44,013 nt of DNA from an uncultured delta proteobacterium (lineage in GTDB: Bacteria > Desulfobacterota > Binatia > UBA9968): the NCBI GenBank assembly GCA_963755715.1, contig CAVWLW010000042.1, positions 1 through 44,013 on the forward strand. Direction: 5' to 3'. Below, piece by piece: positions 37,873 through 44,013 of this stretch (its first letter is position 1; every line of letters begins with the position of its first letter). The notes below the pieces were generated by a model. That model had not been told where the DNA came from. It did no database searches and was given only the letters and a program-made list of their open reading frames with translations. A program made the translations under genes and the position numbers.

Positions 37873-39068
37873 GTGGGCGGCGGCTCTGAGCAGCCGGCAG
37901 CGACAAAGGGCGGCGGCGTTGAACTGGCCGATATCTTTCGCGCCTATGGCGAGTCCTATCGCCGCAACCATCGGTTGCCGGTTTCCCATCTCAAAGTCAT
38001 CGAGGCCGTGGAGCGCTGTCGCACTGCGGCTCTCGGTGGGCATCTCCAACAGTGTGACTCCTGTGGCTTTGAGCGGCCGGCCTACAACTCCTGCCGCAAT
38101 CGGCACTGCCCTAAATGCCAATCTTTGGCCAAGGTAAAATGGCTCGACAAACAAAAATCAGAACTGTTGCCGAGCGGATATTTTCATCTAGTTTTTACCT
38201 TGCCCCACGAGCTCAACCCCCTGATCCTCATCAATAAGAAAGCCCTGATCCATATTTTGTTTCAATCGGTCTGGCAGACCTTAGCCCAATTTGCTCAGCG
38301 TCGTTTGGGCGGGATACTGGGGATCACTGCGGTTCTGCACACCTGGGATCAGACCCTGTTGGATCATTTTCATCTGCATTGTCTGGTTCCCGCCGGCGCT
38401 CTGTCTTTTGATCGAAACCGCTGGGTCTCAGCCCGTCAAGACTTTCTCTTCCCGGTTAAAGCCCTGAGCCTGGTCTTCCGCGCTAAGTTCCTCGACTCGC
38501 TCAAAAAGAGCTTCGATCAGAACAAGTTGCTCTTGCTCGGACACATCGCACACTTAGCCGATGCTCAAAGCTTTAACGTGTTGCTGAAAGGATTGCGAAA
38601 AAAACCGTGGGTCGTCTATGCCAAAAAACCGTTCGGCTCTGCCGCCCATGTGCTGGACTACCTCGGTCGTTACACCCACCGCGTGGCGCTCTCCAATGAT
38701 CGGATTGTTTCCAGCTCTAACGGAGAAGTCACCTTCGCTTACCGCGATCGAAAAAACCAAGATCGGCGCAAACTGATGACGCTCGATGCCCAGGAGTTCA
38801 TCCGCCGCTTTTTACTCCACGTCATCCCCAAAGGTTTCATGCGGGTGCGTCACTACGGCTTTTTAGCCAACCACTGCAAAGATGCTCTGTCGAAGTGTCG
38901 TCAACTCATAGGCCTCACGCCCGCACCGCCTCCATCTCCCCAACGCTCATCGAGGAGTTGATGCTGGCCTTGACCGGCATCGATATCCATCGCTGCCCGC
39001 TTTGCCAGAACGGAACTCTGGTGTGGGTTTGCGAACTGGCAGTGTCCCTGCCGTGGGATTCTTCGTGA
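37873..39068 (+). CDS. IS91-family (HUH Y2) transposase with Zn-binding domain (frameshift ~38948)
   Basis: CRTAALGG, SCRNRHCPKC, HTW...HLH, YLGRY, RVRHYG; shifted tail TGIDIHRCPLCQNG...WDSS*. Confidence 0.93.
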
Positions 39069-39323
39069 GAACGGATCTCATCAATCAATGCGACGGTCTT
39101 TCCCCTGCTCTCTGCCAGAGCCAACGCAGAGCTGTGTCTGGTGGTATCATTTTGCCATGCTTTTAGCCCATGCTCACGTGGTATTTGTGCTGTCTGGATC
39201 TTGCCGAAACCAATTTCTCGTAATGCGCCCCGATCCTCCGCGATCCCCCGCAAAATGGTAGCTCGCCGCGATGTTGCCGTTCCAATCCCCATAGGCAACG
39301 CTTCTGCCTCTCCCAACGCTTTA

Positions 39324-39414
39324 GTCCAACGGGTTTTAACCCGAATGCGTCCAATCCAACTGTTCTCACCGATCGTTCTGCCCTCGCATTCGGGTTAAAA
39401 CCTATCCGTTGGAC
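39324..39414 (+). other. attC-like terminal hairpin of the IS91-like element
   Basis: GTCCAAC (RYYYAAC) ... GTTGGAC (GTTRRRY) with perfect inner stem GGTTTTAACCCGAATGCG/CGCATTCGGGTTAAAACC. Confidence 0.7.
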
Positions 39415-39425
39415 GTTTCGTGCTG

Positions 39426-39541
39426 GTATATTGAATATACGAGACCAGGTATATTGGATATACCGGCGACATGAACAAATTGACAACCCTTTGATTTCAG
39501 GGGTAAGTTGCGCATTGATTATTGGTGGATACCCAATATAC
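39426..39541 (+). promoter_or_regulatory. Promoter TTGACA-18-TAAGTT flanked by three 15-bp palindromic motifs
   Basis: GTATATTGAATATAC 39426, GTATATTGGATATAC 39449, reverse-strand GTATATTGGGTATCC 39527; TTGACA at 39480. Confidence 0.55.
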
Positions 39542-39591
39542 GAGATCTGTTCACTCAATAGTTCGGCTTCAAACCAAGGGTCTTCATACAA

Positions 39592-40365
39592 ATGAGCGGA
39601 AAAAACTGGCGCGAGTGGTTCCTTGGCGTAGTAACAGTGGGGGGAATCGCTACGACATTTTGGTTGTCGCCGCTCCCCCAAGATCCGACCTATCATGAGT
39701 TCGCGGACCGCAGAACATTCTTCGGAACCCCAAACTTCTGGAACGTGTTCTCCAATCTCCCGTTCGTGCTTGTCGGAGCTTTTGGACTGCGCACGCTATC
39801 GCGGCTGCCACCATCCTCGCCCCGCTCTGCATACGTCGTGTTCTGTATCGGGGTGGTTTTGGTCGGCTTCGGTTCGGCTTATTATCACTATTCTCCCTCA
39901 ACGCCGGCGCTGGTTTGGGATCGGGTACCTATGACGATTGCCTTCATGGCGCTCTTCTCGATGGTTGTCCGCGACCGCCTGTCGGAACAAGGCGGCAGTG
40001 TCATGCTGTGGCCGTTGGTCCTGGCGGGAGTGGCCTCGGTCGGGTACTGGTACTGGTCCGAGACCCAAGGGCAAGGAGACCTCAGGGCGTACGGGGTTAT
40101 ACAGTTTCTGCCGATGCTCCTGATAGCGTTGATGCTCATAATCTGTAGCGGCAAAGGCCTGAGCGCTCCATGGCTGTGGGGTTCATTGGGGACCTACGCC
40201 TTGGCCAAAGTGGCGGAGCACTTCGACAAAGCCATTTACAACGTGACAGGTATCGTGAGTGGACACAGCATCAAGCACGTCTTAGGGGCTCTTGCGGTTC
40301 TCTGGGCTGTCTTTGCGGCTCTAGGGTTTAGCCGACGACAAAGCCGAACAACCCAGTGGAGCTGA
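39592..40365 (+). CDS. Ceramidase-like (CREST superfamily) membrane protein
   Basis: YHEFADRR, NVFSNLPF, GSAYYH, WDRVPM, SGHSIKH; about 7 TM. Confidence 0.85.
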   Translation: MSGKNWREWFLGVVTVGGIATTFWLSPLPQDPTYHEFADRRTFFGTPNFWNVFSNLPFVLVGAFGLRTLSRLPPSSPRSAYVVFCIGVVLVGFGSAYYHYSPSTPALVWDRVPMTIAFMALFSMVVRDRLSEQGGSVMLWPLVLAGVASVGYWYWSETQGQGDLRAYGVIQFLPMLLIALMLIICSGKGLSAPWLWGSLGTYALAKVAEHFDKAIYNVTGIVSGHSIKHVLGALAVLWAVFAALGFSRRQSRTTQWS

Positions 40366-40415
40366 CTGGGAAAAAGCTGGCGTTTTTTCCCAGCAACTCA
40401 CCGGGAGCGTTAGGC
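40343..40415 (+). other. Integron attC site
   Basis: GCCGAAC ... imperfect palindrome GTGGAGCTGACTGGGAAAAA/TTTTTCCCAGCAACTCAC with extrahelical bases ... GTTAGGC; 73 bp at the gene's 3' end. Confidence 0.8.
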
Positions 40416-40468
40416 TTTCATGCGAAAACGCGGGTGGAGAGATCCCAGCAGCGAAGGTTTAGAGCGAG

Positions 40469-40651
40469 ATGCCCGAGGCGCGGGTGGCCTATCAAAAAGC
40501 ATTGAGTATGAGCCAACAAGAGCCGGAAAAAAGATTTTTAAAAAAAGATTGGCCGCAGATTGACCGTGGAAAGTCGGCCGAGCCAATGCCCTTCGACTGC
40601 GAGCGCATCGTTTACTCCGGCTTCGGGCGGCTCATCACGATGGAGAAGTGA
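40469..40651 (+). pseudogene. Chimeric remnant: ECF sigma-factor C-terminal TPR tail fused to DUF1428-like C-terminus
   Basis: EARVAYQKALSMSQQEPEKRFL followed by MPFDCERIVYSGF. Confidence 0.55.
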
Positions 40652-40652
40652 C

Positions 40653-41138
40653 ATGGTGAAGCCAGCAAAGAACACGATTTGCCTTTGGTACGATGGCGAC
40701 GCCGAGGACGCGGCGCGGTTTTACGCCAAGACCTTTCCCGATTCATCCGTCGGCGCGGTGCACCGCGCACCGGGAGACTTTCCGTCCGGGAAGAAAGGGG
40801 ATGTGTTGACGGTCGAGTTTACCGTGATGGGAATTCCCTGCCTCGGGCTCAATGGCGGACCCGCGTTCAAGCACAACGAAGCATTCTCGTTTCAGGTCGC
40901 AACCGCTGACCAGGCCGAAACGGATCGTTACTGGAACGCGATCGTCGGCAACGGCGGCGAAGAGAGTGCGTGCGGCTGGTGCAAGGACAAATGGGGATTG
41001 TCCTGGCAGATTACGCCGATCGCTCTGACGAAAGCGATCACCGATCCCGATCCCGCTGCCGCCAAGCGCGCGTTCGATGCGATGATGCAGATGAAAAAGA
41101 TCGACATCGCTGCAATCGAGGCGGCGCGCCGCGGTTGA
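40653..41138 (+). CDS. VOC family protein (PhnB / 3-demethylubiquinone-9 methyltransferase-like)
   Basis: CLWYD, LNGGP, CGWCKDKWGLSWQI, MKKIDIA. Confidence 0.93.
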   Translation: MVKPAKNTICLWYDGDAEDAARFYAKTFPDSSVGAVHRAPGDFPSGKKGDVLTVEFTVMGIPCLGLNGGPAFKHNEAFSFQVATADQAETDRYWNAIVGNGGEESACGWCKDKWGLSWQITPIALTKAITDPDPAAAKRAFDAMMQMKKIDIAAIEAARRG

Positions 41139-41324
41139 GGTTGCAATCTTCGAAGCGGTGCGTCCGCGGAAGCGCAAGGGGAACATGACGGGCGAATCTT
41201 CACAGGACTCCCGCCATAGCGTGCGTGACCAGATGCAGGGTCATGCCGAGCTCGGGATGAGGACGTTTGCTCCTGTGAGGCCGGATTGACGGCTGTTCGC
41301 GGCGACCAGCCAAGGCCGCCTGGT

Positions 41325-41384
41325 TCAGTTGCCCGAACCAGCCACCGTCAGTTCCACGCGCCGGTTCTTCGCCCGGCCGTCCTG
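41325..41384 (-). pseudogene. OmpA-like domain C-terminal remnant
   Basis: QDGRAKNRRVELTVAGSGN* with no upstream body. Confidence 0.6.
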
Positions 41385-41519
41385 TAAGTGAAGTGCTCTA
41401 TTGCATGGCAAGAATTGGGAAACCGAAAGGTGAATTGTCGGCAGCTTCCCTTGCAGATACAAAGGGACATATGCTTTTCAGTGCTTGTCATGACCAATAA
41501 CCGATAAGGGACAGATGGC

Positions 41520-42242
41520 GTGAACACAAATTCCAAGAAGTGCCTATGTGCTGCGATACTTGGAATCGCCATAATCATGGGTGAGATACTATCCGCGCGC
41601 GCCGAACCCAAGGCTCTATACACCATGGATTTCGGCCAGAAAGAGAATATCGATGCATCCAAATGGCTTAAGAAGCAGGGATTCGATGAGTTTCTCGATG
41701 CAAAGAGATTGCATTTGAAGTTTGAGAATGAGGGGCTGCGCATCAGCACGAACGAAGGTTTGACAGCCATGTTCGGATTAAAGTTCGGCAAGCCAGATTA
41801 CGTTCCCGACGTAAATCATATTGTTATTGAATGGGGTGTAAACCGCTTTCCCATCGGTGCAGACTGGGCACAAGGAAAAAAACGGGTGCCGATTGGCGTC
41901 ATTTTCAGTTTTGGCGAGAAGAAGTTGAGTAGCGGCTTGCCTTTTGGCATCAAGAACGCTCCTTACTTCCTTAGCGCGTTCATCGGCGAGAAAGAACAGG
42001 TAAATAGAATGTACCTCGGTGCTTTATACCAGGAAGGGGGGCGCTACTTTTGTGTATCCAATGGCGCGCCTATGGGGCAAACCATTGTCACCAAATTTGA
42101 AGTCAACAATCGATTTAAAGACGTTTTCAAACAGGAAAAGACGCCGCCCATCACAGGCTTTGCGTTTGAAATGAACACCGACGACACAAAAGGTGGCGCC
42201 GACGCCTTTATTAAAAAGATTGTTTTTTATTCTGAACATTGA
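41520..42242 (+). CDS. Secreted hypothetical protein (possibly DUF3047-like)
   Basis: Signal peptide ARA-E; EWGVNRFPIGADW, GFAFEMNTDDT...AFIKKIVF. Confidence 0.75.
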   Translation: MNTNSKKCLCAAILGIAIIMGEILSARAEPKALYTMDFGQKENIDASKWLKKQGFDEFLDAKRLHLKFENEGLRISTNEGLTAMFGLKFGKPDYVPDVNHIVIEWGVNRFPIGADWAQGKKRVPIGVIFSFGEKKLSSGLPFGIKNAPYFLSAFIGEKEQVNRMYLGALYQEGGRYFCVSNGAPMGQTIVTKFEVNNRFKDVFKQEKTPPITGFAFEMNTDDTKGGADAFIKKIVFYSEH

Positions 42243-42284
42243 AATTTGGATTCTTTATGTGAGCTGACCCTGTCGCGTGGTATC

Positions 42285-42402
42285 GGGCTGGCAAAAATAC
42301 CCGCTCTAGACACAGTGCCTTGTCCTGTAGGTGGACAAACTGTGCCGCGACATGCCCAACAAGGCGGTGGCCGAACTGGATCGCCTGCACGACAGGACGG
42401 TC
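42285..42402 (+). pseudogene. ISL3-family transposase fragment
   Basis: TQCLVL*VDKLCRDMPNKAVAELDRLHDRTV resembles the ISL3 HTH segment (recognised from memory of the family). Confidence 0.55.
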
Positions 42403-42487
42403 AATCCGGTTTTTGCATCATACGAGCACACAAGTGAGGCGATTAGAGCGAAATGTCGCCATACACTGGCGACTCCACCACCATTAT

Positions 42488-43396
42488 TTACCTGCTAGAA
42501 AGCGTAAGCTCGGCAAATACAGCACGATGATCGGAAATATCGGTTCCGATAACTTCATAGGAAAAAAACTCAAGACCGGGTGATATCAGGACCCAGTCCA
42601 GGCGTTTGCCAAGCAGGGGAAAAGTGATCAGCTCGCTGTTTTCCGGCTGGTACGCCTTCAGCCCAAGTTTCTCAACCAGGTACTGTGGTGCCGAGTCCTG
42701 CCATCCTGAGTTCATGTCGCCCATGATGATAATTAGGTGATTGTTTCTGGCACGTAAAACTGCAATCAGTTCGTCTGCCTGTTTTTTCCTGACCCAACCA
42801 CTCATGAAATCCAGATGAACAGAAACTACATCAATGTCGATATTGTCCCTTCCCGGCCAACTAATGGTCGATACCACAAAACCCGTGGGTACCAGTGTAA
42901 GTAAGGGGTCAAATGTAACCGCCTGCGGATTCGACATCTCCTGTCGTGACATCAGTGCTGTACCATAGGAAAGTCCTATCGCATCAACGTGTGACGCCTG
43001 AATCGAACGGGTAAACATGTTGTGACTTGCAAGATATTCAACGTGGTTGAAATTGCCACTCCAGAACGAAGGCCCATCGATCTCCTGAAAAGCAGCGATA
43101 TCCGGTGCTGCCTGGTTCAGTAGTTTGCTTATACTATCTAGGTTTTTCACAATCTCGGCTGAATGCAGCAGCAATTGATGAAAACTGGTCCCTCGCCCGT
43201 GGGCTACGTTCAGTGTCATGACCCTGAGACCTTGTTCATTGGAATGCCGGTCAGCATGATACGGAATGCTTGAATTCTGATAGTAGTGCACGGGTGGTGT
43301 TGAATGAAGCTGCGTTGTTGCACAAGAAGGTAACAGCAAGATAAGCAGAAGTAACCCTCCAGTGCAGTAGATGCTTATGTTGAAAACACGCCTCAT
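42488..43396 (-). CDS. Endonuclease/exonuclease/phosphatase family protein, putative lipoprotein
   Basis: MTLNVAHG, FQE, SVHLD, MGDMN, LDWV, SDH; LPSC lipobox-like. Confidence 0.92.
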   Translation of the reverse strand: MRRVFNISIYCTGGLLLLILLLPSCATTQLHSTPPVHYYQNSSIPYHADRHSNEQGLRVMTLNVAHGRGTSFHQLLLHSAEIVKNLDSISKLLNQAAPDIAAFQEIDGPSFWSGNFNHVEYLASHNMFTRSIQASHVDAIGLSYGTALMSRQEMSNPQAVTFDPLLTLVPTGFVVSTISWPGRDNIDIDVVSVHLDFMSGWVRKKQADELIAVLRARNNHLIIIMGDMNSGWQDSAPQYLVEKLGLKAYQPENSELITFPLLGKRLDWVLISPGLEFFSYEVIGTDISDHRAVFAELTLSSR

Positions 43397-43509
43397 CAAC
43401 GTGCGCTACCTGGCCGCCATAACCATTTAGAAGCAAGCAATAAGAAAAACGCAGCCAATGCGATGGTCACTACAGTAACTATCTGCGTTTTTAAGTACTC
43501 GATTTTCAT
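43396..43509 (-). CDS. 37-aa single-TM small protein
   Basis: MKIEYLKTQIVTVVTIALAAFFLLLASKWLWRPGSAR*; TGATG overlap with EEP gene start. Confidence 0.5.
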   Translation of the reverse strand: MKIEYLKTQIVTVVTIALAAFFLLLASKWLWRPGSAR

Positions 43510-43844
43510 GGCAGTCAGCCTCTGGCTACCATGGGTAGTGTACGATAATCTTCAGCGCACGGAATAATCCTCGCGCGCCAGCCCCTTGTCATCTGCTACT
43601 CGTCTATCATGGAGTAATGCATCTGGCCAGCTTCCAATAGAAAAACAGCCAGAGTCGCAGACTAACATCGATCGTTACAACCCCTTGTCGACATCATCGC
43701 TGATAGTAGACTTGAATAGCGTTCTGATACCAATGTGTTCACTATACGTGACAGCCGAGTTTCATCTATACGGTACGCATCTCTCACACCGTTCAACAGT
43801 AGCTCCACGTTGGCTTGATTTCAGGAACGACAACGGCCGATGGT

Positions 43845-44013
43845 TCAAAAACCGGCGCCCGCGCGAAGGGAGTGCAGGATAATACAGGCAGCCGCGCCGG
43901 CAATCACATCATCCAGCGTGATACGAGGCCGCCTTGCACGTGCTTGTCGATCCAGCAAATCGGCCATGGTTTCCAGATGTCGAGCAGGCGAAACAGCGCA
44001 AAGCCGGCCAGGA
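43845..44013 (-). CDS. pgpA: Phosphatidylglycerophosphatase A, C-terminal part (frameshift ~43925)
   Basis: FALFRLLDIWKPWPI...GGL/ITLDDVIAG. Confidence 0.85.
   Translation of the reverse strand, partial: PGRLCAVSPARHLETMADLLDRQARARRPRITLDDVIAGAAACIILHSLRAGAGF

Larger units (their letters stand above)
36967..39414 (+). mobile_element. IS91-like element carrying a tyrosine recombinase
   Basis: Recombinase + HUH Y2 transposase gene pair; right-end hairpin; left end placed tentatively at GTTGTGC. Confidence 0.75.

Overview
Bacterial genomic window in three blocks. The SBP-rich gene content and ispE-spoVG-prs order suggest a deltaproteobacteria-like lineage such as Ca. Binatia/Binatota (inference only). 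(1) 1-4040: accessory region of small proteins and stand-alone receiver domains abutting the 3' end of tRNA-Arg(CCG). (2) 4042-30445: housekeeping cluster (suhB, ispE, spoVG, tRNA-Gln, prs, rplY, pth, rpsF, rpsR, DUF2232, rplI), then lsrF/Zn-dehydrogenase and a catabolic cluster with two divergent aldehyde:ferredoxin oxidoreductases, a 4x[4Fe-4S] protein, aldolase II, a beta-propeller, a racemase-fold protein lacking the catalytic Cys pair and seven solute-binding-fold proteins without permeases, punctuated by several palindromic intergenic repeat families. (3) ~30500-44013: accessory/mobile region with a group IIC intron, a tyrosine recombinase + IS91-type HUH transposase element ending in an attC-like hairpin, an attC gene cassette and gene debris. 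Top observations: removing the intron rebuilds an inverted copy of the IS91-like element's terminal motif, and a small W-x2-H-[YF]-P-K-R-x5-S-x3-C protein occurs three times, twice directly beside an orphan response regulator. Many 1-bp frameshifts are probably sequencing/assembly errors.
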